In this document: positions 11,263 to 23,670 of the stretch, one piece after another
Numbering within the stretch: position 1 is the stretch's first letter
Layout of the letters: each line of letters opens with the position of its first letter
Source: Tubiluchus corallicola
Lineage: Eukaryota > Animalia > Priapulida
Assembly: GCA_030141605.1 (NCBI GenBank)
Contig: JAQGDQ010000028.1
Coordinates: forward strand, 558,001 to 622,000
Length of the DNA stretch: 64,000 nt
Reading direction: 5' to 3'
Notes under the pieces: generated by a model
The model's database searches: none
What the model saw: the letters and a program-made list of their open reading frames with translations, nothing else
Told to the model about the DNA's origin: nothing
Made by a program: the position numbers and the translations under genes

Positions 11263-12691
11263 AGCAGCAGCAGCAGTAGCAGTGATAATGGTCGTAGTAA
11301 CATAGTAGTAGTAGTGGCAGCAGCAGCAGTAGTAATCTTTATTGATATAGGAAATAAGCGTGCAAGTTGATGCTATAATTGTATGAAAAGTATAAGTAAT
11401 ATGGTGTGGGCAATGAAATAGGTGGGAGAGCTGTTACTGAATTAAACTTTGCCCACAAGTAATAAGCCTGTTAGCATTTTCAATAAAATAAAAAACAGTC
11501 ATTAACAAGTCACGAGGAATTATATTGTAACATCTATATTATCAAGTACATAGATAACATAATTATCAATACTGAAATAACATAATTATAAATACTGAAA
11601 GAGCACTATACTAAAACACAACGGAACATAGTCTGGCTAGCCCACAGGTCTAAATGTTCAAAGCAGACCTGTCGTACACAGCTTAAACACAGAAAACCAG
11701 AACACTATTAATGTAAAAGGTCATTCAGAAGCAAATAAGTACAGTAAGATTAGAAGGAAATTTAAGCTATATCAATGCTGTAACAAGCCTTAAAAAGGGA
11801 GGGAATGAGATGAAAAAATGAGCAAGAAGACACAATGTAATATTTAAAAGTCAAGTTAATCAACGCGAAGTAATTAATGCGAACTTCGCGACTTTATTGG
11901 TCTATTGTTAATTCAACGGCTGTAATGTCACCGCCTGTGGCAAAGTCTGATTGAGAAAGATTGGTCACCGTAAAAATCAGTTGTACTGTGAAGCGTGAGA
12001 GCGGCATAGCAAGATAAATAGTTTATTGAAATGTGCTTGTACAAACGTCTTTTGCCAAAGTACCGTCTAATGTTCAGGTTTTTAAGAAGTTTAAAAAACG
12101 TGATAGAAAAGTGACGTGCTTATAAGAAAATTTTTGAATGATAAACTTTCGCGAATGTATGCTTTGTTTGGCAGAGGTAATCTATATTCGACCAAACAGC
12201 CAAAAGCATTGTGAATGAACAGCACAATTATAAATTTTCAATATAAATGTTCAGTCTGTATCTATATTATAAATGTACGATTGAGCTGCTCCGTCTCGCA
12301 TATTGATATTTTGTCTTCAAGATTTTGCAGCAAGACGTACTTTGTTTACTAAACATACATACTTTGACTTTTTTTGTGTATTTATTAAACATCGCTAATT
12401 CAAATTCGATATTATCAACGTTATTCATACTGGGTTGTATGCTTGCGAAGCCTATATATAAAGGATATCTTTGTTCCAATAATGAATGCATGTTTCACTT
12501 GTAAAGAAATTGTACCCAAAGAAAATAATTTTTGTGAGATCCATATTTTGCCACGCCATGTAACAAAACAACATTCGCTGAACGAAAATTAAAAATTAAT
12601 TACTTAAATAAATGGTAGGTTAATGTCAAATATGCTAAGGTTACTACGAAAGTAAGAAGATTGAGAAGGTTTATATGGCTAGAAGCAAATT

Positions 12692-14230
12692 ATGTTGACG
12701 TGGCGGCCAAAAACGTTCTTTTTCGCGAGTTGTGTTTTGACAGGCTTTGCAGTTGTAATGTATTGTAACAGTGTGTCAAGATGGATGACATTTCCTCAAA
12801 ACGGTATGTCTGTGTTTCTTCTACTCATTTAAGCAGTATAAATTTCTATTTCTTAAACATCTAGTCATTTTTTCTAGATTTTTGTTGGGGATTCATTCTC
12901 CTCTGTTGCTCAGCTGTACATGGCAGACTAAACGAGAGTTTACTAAAACAATGAAGGCCATCTCATAATTATGTGAAGCTGGAAAGCGGTAATCATGAAA
13001 AGTATTTTTAGTTTTTAATTGTGTTTGTTCATGTGTATTATATTCTTTTTCGTAGAAACATTTCATCCTGACATACCTAATGCGAAAAAATTTTACTGCC
13101 TAGGGGCAGCAAAAAATTCAAGCAATCTAACTCTAGCAGTTATAGCAAGTGGGTATTAAAACTTATAATCATATATCACAGGCAGGCTGCAATTAGTGCT
13201 TTGTCGTATATTCGGACACAAATATGTCCTACTTTAACTTGAGATTGAGCTTTTTGTTTCTTATTTCTTTGGCATTTATGTCCTGTTATAGTGTATGATT
13301 CTTATAACCTAAATATCATAAAATTCAAAACGTTTCTGTTTAACTGTGGATAACCATCGTCTGTTACGAATGATCGACGGGATAGCAAACAGAGGTCTTG
13401 AATCGTTATTAGGGAACCTAAATGCTTTATTAACGTCAGTAACGTATTAAATAGATTTGGTACAGACAACCGACAATCTGTAATATAATCTAAAACCAGG
13501 CCGGTTTCTCTCCTGCGAATTAATGAAAACTTGAGCATCTTTTGTAAGAATATAACATATACGGGCAACACATTGTAGCAGCTTATGTCCCTGATTGCCC
13601 CGAAAGACCGGTGACAAGTAGGCGTGTGAAAATTATGCACACTGATTGGGCAGTTAGCGAGAATGATTGACGTTTTGTTTGGCGTTAATTATGTGAAACT
13701 GGAAAATTTACAATCATGAAAAGTATTTCTACTTTTAGTTGTGCTTGTTCATATGTGTTTTATTCTTTTTTTGTAGAAACATTTCATCCAGACATACCTA
13801 ATACGAAGAAATTCTACTACCCAGGGACAGCAAAAGATTCAAGCAATCCAACACTAGCTGTGATAGCCAGTGAGTATTCAATTCAATTCAAAATTATTTA
13901 TTGATTTAAGACGTACATAATAATCACATTAATTAACACATAAATTTGAAATATAAATGTATAATCAGTTATAAAAACAATTATGTGAAAAAGATCACCG
14001 TTATTTAAAGAAAATAATGCAGAGAGACCTAAGAAGCCGTGGCTTATGACAGGCCACCCTTGAGTACTTTTTATAGTAATTTAGAAAACAATATTCTTGT
14101 TAGTGGTTAGTATTTATGTGCTTCAAGATTAAAAAAAACAAAAAACTACTGCCTGTTCCAAGGAAATAGAACACTGTATTTATAATCATATATCACATGC
14201 AGACTGCAGTTAGTGTTATATCATGTACTT

Positions 14231-14281
<51 letters not shown>

Positions 14282-15996
14282 ATTTTATTGTTTTATATTA
14301 AACTTTTTCTTTTTTATTCTTTTGGTATTTATGTCGTTTAATAGTGAACGGTTCTTATAATAAATATCACAAAACCGTACACTTGTTTTAAGTAAAAAAC
14401 TTTTCAATTTAACCTTGGGTAACCATCGTCTGTTATGCATGACAAACGGGATAGCAAACAGGTATTTTGAATGTTATTTAAAAAACCCAAATGCTTTATT
14501 AACGCCAATAACGTATTCAGTAGATTAGGTGTTATCAAACTACGTGAATTACAGTAAGCGGTATTGAAATATTTATAAATCGACAAACTCCCTCTCATTT
14601 GCAGCTTCCGCACATTAGCTCCTGTTCACATTTCTGAACTCCTACCAAGCACAAGCGTTTAAGAGCCTGAGGTCATGTTTTTAACCTCAGCTTGAGAGCT
14701 TGTGAGTTCCTGATATTAAAAACCTAAGTTTATAACAAGTTTTAACAGTTTGGATAATAATAATCACATGTTAACAACTAAAATTTAAATTAAATATTTT
14801 GAAAACCATATTTCATTTGAATAATTTTCATGTTGAGATTTTTCATAATCAGTCTTAATTGCGCGGAGCCTTCTAACATAGAGGTAAATAATTTTTAGTT
14901 GTTAGCTACTTAGGGTTGATGAAGTCTTCTTTTCAATGAATCCAAAACAGAACAAATGAAAAAATCTCTTGCAGTTACCACAACAAAAGCTATACAAGTA
15001 GTACTAACAACAACAAGGCAAGAAGAAGGCAAACAAATTAAATCTCAAAAATCTATTTTCTTTGCAGCATACCATAGAAGTGGATCTACGTTGTTGGGAG
15101 AAATACTAAATAATCATCCGGACGTCATGTATTTCTACGAGCCGCTAGTTGTTGTGCCAGGGTTTCGTGAATTCGACAAAATGCCATGGAAAATAAGACA
15201 ATCCACCTTGAATCAGAGTGTATTATCAAGCGGAGTAAATGTCATCAGGCACATGGGTTCTTGCAATTACACCGACATTGACTTTATGAACAAATACTAT
15301 GCGAAACTGAAGTGGCCAACGTGGCCGAAGTATCCATCATGGAGTAGAGTTATAGCTAAAGCAGCAAATTGTGATCATAGCGTAGATACAGTGAGAACAA
15401 ACTTGTGTAGAAGAAAAATAAGATCAGTTGGTCTTGAACAGTTGAACAAGTTGTGTGAATCTCATAAGGTGCAAGCCATAAAAACTGTGCGTCTTCACGT
15501 AATGGATTTATTACCGCTTTTTGAAGAGTTTAACTTGAAGATCCTTTACCTTTTGCGGGATCCCAGGGCGATTTTAGCATCTAGAAAGAAGGCAACGTGG
15601 AGCAAAATGACAAAGGAAACCTTTCAAGACATGTGCGCTGATATGCAGCAAAACTGGAGAAGTGCTATAAAAGCAAAAATACCAACATCACACCTTATGA
15701 TGATAAAGTACAATGATTTAGTGCTAAATATGGAAACAAAAACGAAAAAAATATTTGCTTTTCTTGGTTTGAAGTATAACAGTAAAGTGGACTACTTTTT
15801 AAAGAAAGTAGCCAGAGGCAATTTTACAGACGGAAAAGTCAAAAAAGCCTTTCATCGAATGGATGGCACTTTTAAACCAAACTCCAAGTCTCACACTGAC
15901 AGATGGAAACAAGTGTTGAAGAACAACGAGACACTGCTAATAACTGACACTCTCGAATGTGCCCAGTACATTCAAGCATTAGGTTATGATCTGTAG
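12692..15996 (+). CDS. Carbohydrate (Gal/GlcNAc 6-O-type) sulfotransferase, CHST1/3/5-like, Golgi type II membrane protein
   Basis: Exons are 12692-12803 (MLTWRPKTFFFASCVLTGFAVVMYC, TM anchor), 13056-13148 and/or 13777-13869 (93 nt, phase 1-1) and 14951-15996. Motifs: 5'-PSB HRSGSTLLG, YFYEP, 3'-PB RDPRAILASR and KYNDL. The last acceptor is inferred from phase. Confidence 0.9.
13879..14175 (-). mobile_element. Retroelement 3' fragment inserted in duplicate B only
   Basis: Absent from duplicate A. It has a minus-strand AATAAA plus a (TTGAA)n tail, and GTATT flanks both sides (13874-13878, 14176-14180). Confidence 0.55.
14236..14279. repeat. (TA)n microsatellite
   Basis: Directly visible. It is expanded in duplicate B relative to A. 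Confidence 0.95.
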
Positions 15997-16459
15997 GCTA
16001 GTAAAATTCCGGTATTTATAGGTTGCACAATCGAAATTTCTAGCATTGCATACTATTTAGTCAGTTGATAACTGCATTCCTACGACTCGTAATTTTGAAT
16101 GTGAGTATCTTATTGCTAGGATGAAGCTTTACACTTTTTGTACTAACTTTAATAACTCGTTATCCACGTGCAGGTTATTTGATTATTTTAATAACTGCAC
16201 GTTTGCTAATACGTTGACTAGCTGTAGTAGCTTCCTTGATCTATGTATTGTAAAGCTACTGATTATTTGATACCCGTACCTGATTATTTAATACACGATT
16301 GTTTGGTACCCGACTTCTGCGATTTTTTACAGGATTTGTACAACTGTCAGGCAATCAGTATCTTGAATTACCAATTAAGTTGTGATAATAGTCATTATAA
16401 CAATTTAATGTCAGACTGTAGGAGTGATAAGCCAGGATCGTAAGGCCCGGATGATAGTA

Positions 16460-16910
16460 TACCTTGTATTGTGTTTCGTGCTCGGAGTTTACAAAATAGC
16501 CCATTTACCAACATGCTGTCAAAATTACATGTGCATGTGAAACTTGGAATCACCCCATATACAAGATTTTGAATTTTCGTTAAATGGTTTCCTTTTTTTC
16601 TACAAGTTCGGGATAAAGTAGGTGGTAATTGTGTTAGTTTGCCCACAGTTTCTGTTAATCCGAAGTGGATCCTGCAATCCACAACCATGCCTTTCAGTGA
16701 TGATGTAGTTTGTTGTTCTGTGGAACTGACTCATAGTTAAAACGTGCTTATATATTGCACATACCGGTTGCACACAATAGACCACATCACTGCCTGTTTC
16801 AAAATAATTGAAGCCAACTGAAGCCAACTCAATCTCCATAACAAAGATTTAAAGACCACCATTCACTCCCAAAGCAAAAGAAGTGTTCTGCACTACATTG
16901 TTTCCTCTAG
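16460..16910 (+). mobile_element. LINE APE-endonuclease remnant
   Basis: Frameshifted fragments CIVFRARSLQN, ACETWNH, VRDKVGG and LIYCTYR match the N.RSL, ETW, RDR.GGG and YRPP motifs of APE-type endonucleases. Confidence 0.6.
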
Positions 16911-17379
16911 ATTCGCGACAAAAATGGTAATAAAATGCTTTTCTTAAGTAATGAAATTATAGCCTCTCTAACCAATAACCAAGTAGCTAACGAGATGGCT
17001 TTCTGTTTAGAGGCCTTAACACGTACATGTTAAAAAGAGAAAGGTGCCTTTCACAAAATTAGCTCTTTGCGGTGGGACTACAAAACCAGATAGGCGTCAG
17101 CAGTAAGCCACTAACTTACGAGACATGTGACTCGGGCTGTCGTCACTCAAACCCGCAAATGCTACCATCTAACGTAAAAAGGGAATCAACTACAACAATA
17201 AATTTTGTAACTATCATCAAAAATAGATCAGTAGAATATTTGTTAACCAATTGTCAGTAGTGCTTCATAGCAGACGGCTTGTGTCGCCATAACGGCGAAG
17301 GCAAATCTTCATTATTATCAACACCACTATCGTCGTAATCATCATTGTCATCATCATCATCATCATCATCATCATCAAT

Positions 17380-19860
17380 TTAACCGTCACCGCCAGCTGC
17401 ATCTGCAAACTTGTTCAAAAATAATTTTGGATCCTTTAGGTATCTTTTAATATTGTGAATCTTGCTTGCTAATGCATTTTTATCAGACTCGCTTTGCTTT
17501 CGTGCTAGCAGATTTACCTTACGATCAAAGTACATGGGTACACAGCCTTTTTAGACATTCCAAAAGTTTCATGAAGTATCCAGTTACTCTGTCCTCCTGC
17601 TGATCTTGTTTCCATGCGTCGCTCTTCTTCACGAGGCTGTCACACTCCCAGAATAACGCAATCTACAAATGTATAGAAATTTTTTATTCTTTTGCATTGC
17701 ACAAGATCGCAGCCATTGTATAGTAACTGTCGGGATGGGAATATACTATTTTTTTCAAGAATGACTTGCGTGAAAGACCTACTATCACAGAAGTATAATT
17801 TCGCGTTCGCTCGGCTAGTTCTTATTGGTTACATGCATTTCGCTATTCACTAGTTAGACGGGCACTGGCGTCCACTTTTCCAAAAAACAGGTGTTGTACC
17901 TCAGTTCAAACGTGTTAGTTGTGACGTACGAGAGCTCATGGGTGAGCACAGCGTTAAACTTGAAATTCGTACAGTAGCACTGTATTTCAATTTTCGCTTT
18001 CGCAAATACGTGCAACATATTCGTTGAATGTTTGCACTGTTGAAAATTACGTTCATTTGTGATGCCATCACTAGTTGGCTCCCCTTATATTAATTAAATT
18101 TCTAGCCTATTATTTAATTATCAGAAACGCTTTCGATTATTACAGGTGTTAAAATATTTACTTTTTACCGTGCTTCAAAATGGGATGTGATGTGAAAATC
18201 ACTCTATTTTCCTTTAAACATGCTACTAGCGTTAGCTACGTTTTGTATGTTAGTAATTTTGCTTTTAGTCTGGTAAAATGTCAAACGAGCTAAGAATACC
18301 TTAAACCTGTAGCTGTTCAAAACTTTGTTTTGTAAAAAAATCATTCTTTAGCATTTTGACAATTCGCAAAACTATTTTCCTGCATGCTCTATCAGCATCG
18401 ACTCCTTGCAGCAGAACGTGATCGGCGAAACCGCATTTTAGACTCCAGTACAAGCTATATTTTGTGACAAGTGCAACACCTGAAACATAAAGATATTAGA
18501 CACCCAGTGTTAGGAGCTGTCAGATTTTTTATGATGAGTGCAATTCTTTCCTCAACAGACTAACTTGTGACAAGCTTTTTTTGTAAAAGTTTCATGAAAT
18601 TATGATTTGCTAGTTGAGCTGAAATTAAGCAAGGTAACGTATCACAAATCACAATCTTGATGTTTTGCAGTACGACATTCAAATAGCTCATTAGTTCATG
18701 CAGCGTTTCGCACAGATTATTTGCTCACCTGCTGATTTGTTTTTCTAGCTCTTCTTGTAATCATCCCAGGAAATGTTTCTCCTTTCTATGGGTTCTCCAT
18801 TAATTTTGACTATTTGAACTGGTCGAGTGATCACGGCTACAAAATCCACACTAATTTCGAATAGTAAAGCCGGTGATTTTATCACTAAAGTAATTGCTGG
18901 ACCAGTGGAATCTCTGTTCACACTAACTTTTCCTGTTAAAAAATGTATTGGCTATGCGTAAAAGTTATGACAGTATCGGTAGTTTTATTAACTGTATAAT
19001 ATTTAATCTGATTTTTCAAACAGAGGAGAACAGCAGACGAAAGAGCATGACCCGAATGGTGTGAAATACCAGTTTTTACAGATTCTCCGTGTATGTCTAA
19101 GATGATTCAGTTCAAAATGCAGAGTCATGGTTCGTATGATTTGTATAGTATCGCATGTCTTTGATATTACCTCTACAGCTGTGTCCGTTTTTTTTTTGGG
19201 GGGGGGTATATTTCCATTCAAAATAGCGTTATGAAATAACGAAAAAAAAATAAATACATAAACAACTAAGCTGTAAACAAATAAATAACTGTGTTTTCAA
19301 AAAAAACCTGTAGGACCTCACACAGGATTTTTATTATTATAAATCTGATCATCAAGGCTGTTATTTCTAAAACTGGGATAAAAACATTAAAGCACTTTTT
19401 ACCTACTGACAGGTTGCACAGTACAACACGCTCTAGTAGTAGTTCTAAGCGCCGTCTAACTAGAATAGGAATTAAGGCTCCATTTAATGATTGTCCCAGG
19501 TTTCATAGTCGCGTAGAAATTTATCTTTTCCATCATCTCCCTTCCAAATTTTCTTTCTTGGCAATGTACTTTGCACAAACGCATCACCAAATTTAGGCTT
19601 TCCAATCGTCTTCCATGTGTCCACCATGTGCACATCTGGCCTTACAGAATCATCACTGCAAGGAGAGTTTAGATCGCACTTTTAAGCTTGTGGTTTTAAT
19701 TAAGCGCTAAACCGTAGAACTAATTTAGTAATCTCCTTCAGTATATATTATTACGAATAATGAGAGTGACAACTTCAACTGTCTTCTTGATGTCCTCTTG
19801 TTCTAGTGGAACTCTTTTGTGATAATACTGATCATATAAACTGGCGCTTTTGCTCTTCAT
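17380..19860 (-). pseudogene. cGAS-like receptor (Mab-21 nucleotidyltransferase family) pseudogene
   Basis: Exons: 19860-~19700 (MKSKSASLYDQYYHKRV...ILKEITKLVLRF), 19655-19403 (GKPKFGDAFV...NGALIPILVRRRL), 18932-18729 (GPAITLVI...ISVDFV), 18479-18300 (GVALVTK..YWSL...DADRACRKIVLRIVKMLK..LNSYRFK) and 17662-17380 (IALFWEC...W...LLECLK-GCVPMYFDRKVNLL...YLKDP). There are four frameshifts and an in-frame TAG, and no GS..DEFD catalytic segment is visible. Confidence 0.88.
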
Positions 19861-21399
19861 TTTTTAATTAACAACTTAGTAAAGACAGCGTAAAAACTGT
19901 CTTTCTACTAACTTCCTCGCTATCTTTTATGCATCGTACCTGCAAATTAAAGACTGGTTTGAGTAATCTAAATGACTTGTTTAATTTCCTGGTCCGCCTC
20001 TGCAAAAACAGCGAAATTTAACATACTTATCTCTGTCTATGCTTGCAGTTACTTCCCGCTTGATAAGCTAAGCTTCATAATCATTTTTATACGATGTTTT
20101 TCATCTTATTATTTCTTTTATAAATAGACAGTTTGCGAACCTTTTAGTTTAGTGTCACGATGATGATAATTTCTGATACATGATTACGGTTTTCATCATC
20201 TTTTGATAAATACGCGGTACGCCTATATAATATTATATGACTCGTTGGGGTGGTTATGACAATGACCGTGATTATGATGACGATGACAGAAACACCTTTC
20301 ATGCATAATTATAGCCGCTTGCTTCTTGCATTACCAAGTTTCACCCCTTGCATTCTATCTATGAAATATCACACCACAATGTACAAGTGTCATCGGATAC
20401 TCGAAATGCATTAAATTTACACAGTAATTTATGTGAAGTACAATCAAATGCCTTAAACACAACCTTACATAAAATTATTATCTAAAATCTAGACTATGCT
20501 TTAAGAATTTAAGTCTTCTATAAGTCTAATTAAAACATTTTGATTACTAAAGTTTTTAAGCAAAGTGCAGAGTTGCTTACTTCAGTAAGATGGTATCAAA
20601 GGGGATACTAAGTTGATCATGTAATAGTTTTTCAAAGATTTTCATAGTTTGCAGGGAAAATACTGATTGGCCTGTAGCAAGAGGGAAAATATTGATCGGC
20701 CTTTATCTGAGCGATCGTTTTTCTTAACACGTGGTGTAACTTCGTTTCTTTTTAGAAGTGAAATTAGAAGCGAAATTACACACGTATACAATTACAGTTT
20801 TACAATACTTAATTTGAACTCGATAAGAAACGTTTTTGAAAGCCAAACATTCGATTCGAATTCAATTTCTGGCAGTGTTTACACACCTCTAGTAATTAGT
20901 AATGCGAAATTTTAACCATGTTGGGCCTGTAATTAAGGTGCCAAATTAAATCATGACATTTGGCAAAACTTTCCTCTTTCTATTGTATAATCAAACTAGG
21001 CTGCAAACAACCACGGAAGTGGTACTGACAAAATACTGGCATAGCAGTGTCTAGCTTTTGCTGAATTACTGCTGTGTTTACCTCTCTGAAGGCCAGATTT
21101 CTTTTATTTTAGAATTCTGCCTGCCTAATGTCTACAGCATACGTAATGGGCATATAATGATGATGATGATGCAGAAAACCAAACCAGCAAAGATTTCTGT
21201 TCTTGTTAGCCAAGTTCTGTGAAAATGTAATTAACAGGTGATTTGTTACGTCCTTCGACGAATAAACGCGTATAATTTGTCTCAATTGGCATTAAATGAT
21301 GATTGTGTTACGTAAGTAACTGACTCTAGTATTTCTAGTTTTTGGCCAAATAAATTTATCAATTTCCACTTTATTCAATTCAATCGGATTAGGGTCTCC

Positions 21400-22650
21400 T
21401 GTTGAGTCTTGATATGATGGACGTAATTTTAGGCGTCCATTCTCTAATCGATGCACGTCTGTTACTATTGCAATGGACTTGTTGGAACTTGGACATAGTT
21501 TGGGACGCAATGGACGTAAATTGAGCGTCCGTTTAGTAATGGACTTACGTTGGACGTAACTTCGACCACCCATTCTCTAAATTAAAGACCTCTTTTGATG
21601 GACGTGACTTACGTCCGTTTCAGTGGCGTTGTTAAAATTAGTGAAGGTGCTGGTTCAAAAAGTTTTCAGCCATTGTTTTAATGCTGTGTAAAATGAAACA
21701 AACATTATGTCATTTTAACGTTGTTTAGCAAAAAAACATACAAAAATTTATACATAAACTTGACAAAATTCTAAACGAAAATTTTTTGCTTATTAATGGC
21801 CTAAATTACAGCAGTTCAAGAATATGCCTGTACACAGTTTTTAAGCTCCTGGCAACTGACAGCAAACTGTGTGAGTGCCAGTATTTTCTCTGCCTGGCAG
21901 TGCAGCATACAGTGTGTTGTCTCAGACATGTGCACATGGCTTCAACAGCCAAACACACCACTGTGCTGAATTATGAAGGAAACAGTACTACCCTCTACAT
22001 GCTGCCTTTACATGCTCTGGTTCCGTACAAGTATAAAGTAAGAACTAAAGAAAAAACTCTTATTATATTGAATATCATCGATAATATTGAGTGAAAATAG
22101 GGGGTGCTGCAGTTCCACAGTACCTGTACACGAGCTGCCACTGGTCCATTTATAGTCTGTATTTTGATACCAGTGGGCATCCAATTGGTATGTGTATTTG
22201 AATGCAGTGGGCATCCATTTGGTATGTGTATTTGAATGCAGTGGACATCCATTTGGCAGGTGTATTTGAATGTGATGGTTGTAATTCCAAGCGTCCATCG
22301 CTAAATAATTTAAAGTAAATTGATGGACCTATGTAATTCTTGAGGTGGTGCGCTTAATGTTGAATGTCAGCTGGACGTTGAGTTTAAATGTGATAGACTC
22401 TACATCACATGCACAAATTTGTTTAGATTTTGTATGTAATTTTTATTTTGCCAGCGAATGTTGTGAATGTAATGTTTTGGATTTGGTATGCATAATTTTA
22501 GATGTCCATCTAATTAAGTCGTGTCCATTGAATTAGTGGCTGGACGTCCAAATTTATGTCCATCACATCCACTAAATTTTTAATGATTGGACATCCAACT
22601 TACATGCATCGTATATATATTACGTTCATCATGTCCATTCATTTAGGATT
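21400..22650. mobile_element. Probable non-autonomous DNA transposon with TGGACGT-rich inverted arms
   Basis: TGGACG(T) is clustered at 21410-21620 and (A/G)TGTCCA/CGTCCA at 22280-22640. GATATGATGGACGTAAT (21411) matches the reverse complement of 22620-22636 at 15/17 positions. Confidence 0.5.
22171..22272. repeat. 34-bp tandem repeat x3
   Basis: Unit CAGTGG(G/A)CATCCA(A/T)TTGG(T/C)A(T/G)GTGTATTTGAATG. Confidence 0.9.
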
Positions 22651-22689
22651 TGCCATTGTATTTACACAAATACCACTCTAGTGCAATTG

Positions 22690-23670
22690 ATTCATCGCTA
22701 TTTGAGTGCTTGTTGCATAAAGTGTTGTTTGTTGGTATTAGGTGTAAACTAATTTGTTTGTTTAGAAGTTTTCTCTACCTGCAAAAGACAACATGTAGTT
22801 TTAAATGGATTATCTACTGAATGGACTCATGTTCATAGTGGTATTCCACAGGGAATGCCCAGCGGCCCTTATCTATTAGCATGTTTGTTGACGATGTCAA
22901 ATTATATAAGTAGGATCAAATCACAATTTGATTCTGATATGTTACAGATAGATCTCAACAGCATTGAATCTTGGTCTGATCAATACTTGCTTCAGCTCAA
23001 ACCTGTAAAAAGTGCTCTTTGCTCAGAGTTAGTCAGGCCAATGTTGATATCTCCTATGTTTTACATAATAGTTTGATACCTCAAGTTGATAAGGTCTAAG
23101 ATCTAGGCTAGAGTGTACATATCTAATTCACTGAAATTTAATGATCTTTTTGCTCATGTTATAAAGACTGCCAACCAAAGAAAATATTAGTTGGTCTTTA
23201 GAAGAACAACTGTATGCCATGATTCAACAGTTATGTGCGTATCTACAAGGGTCTAATTAAACCTTATCAAAAGTGGAGTATGCTGTTGTTGGTTTGGGCC
23301 CTGCAATATGTATCCTTTAAAGAAAAGGTGGAAAAAGTTCTAAGAAGATGTCTCTGTTTTGCCAGTGATCTTGATTTAAACAAGGTATGTTTACCTTATA
23401 GGAGATACGTGATACAATTGATCTTGTCAACGTGTTTGACAAGATAATGAGTGAACACAAAGTCTTGGATCCGAATGATTTATTTGAAAATCCTCATAAA
23501 GAGTTACATGGTCATGGGCAAAAATTACATGTTCAGCATTCATGTGCAAATAGAGGGAAACGCTTTCTGCTAAACATGTTGCGCATAAATGGAAACGCAT
23601 AGACAGGGATATTGTTAATGCCCCCAATGTTTGAGTCTTTCAAACAAGCACTGAGGAGAGTGTGTTGAAA
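22690..23670 (+). mobile_element. Degenerate LINE reverse-transcriptase region (CR1/L2-group-like)
   Basis: Frameshifted motifs: LLHKV..GI, QHVVLNG..EWTHVHSGIPQG, FVDDVKLY, LQIDLNSIESWS, IYKGLIKP..EYA and KWKR.DIVNAP.V..FK. Confidence 0.85.

Larger units (their letters stand above)
12967..14545 (+). repeat. Tandem duplication of an intron-exon-intron unit (A ~12967-13480, B ~13686-14545)
   Basis: TAATTATGTGAA(G/A)CTGGAAA...exon...TAACCATCGTCTGTTA...CGGGATAGCAAACAG is present twice. Confidence 0.9.

Noticed and set aside
16600-16839. Minus ORF ending YFIPNL, resembling the Mab-21 PHYFIP..NL motif
   Set aside because: The true cGLR motif (PMYFDRKVNLL) is at ~17510-17540, and this region reads as a LINE endonuclease remnant on the plus strand.
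19003-19221. Minus ORF inside the cGLR pseudogene as the missing catalytic exon
   Set aside because: It has no GS/DEFD-like motif and lies in the wrong order. The flanking exons join in phase without it.
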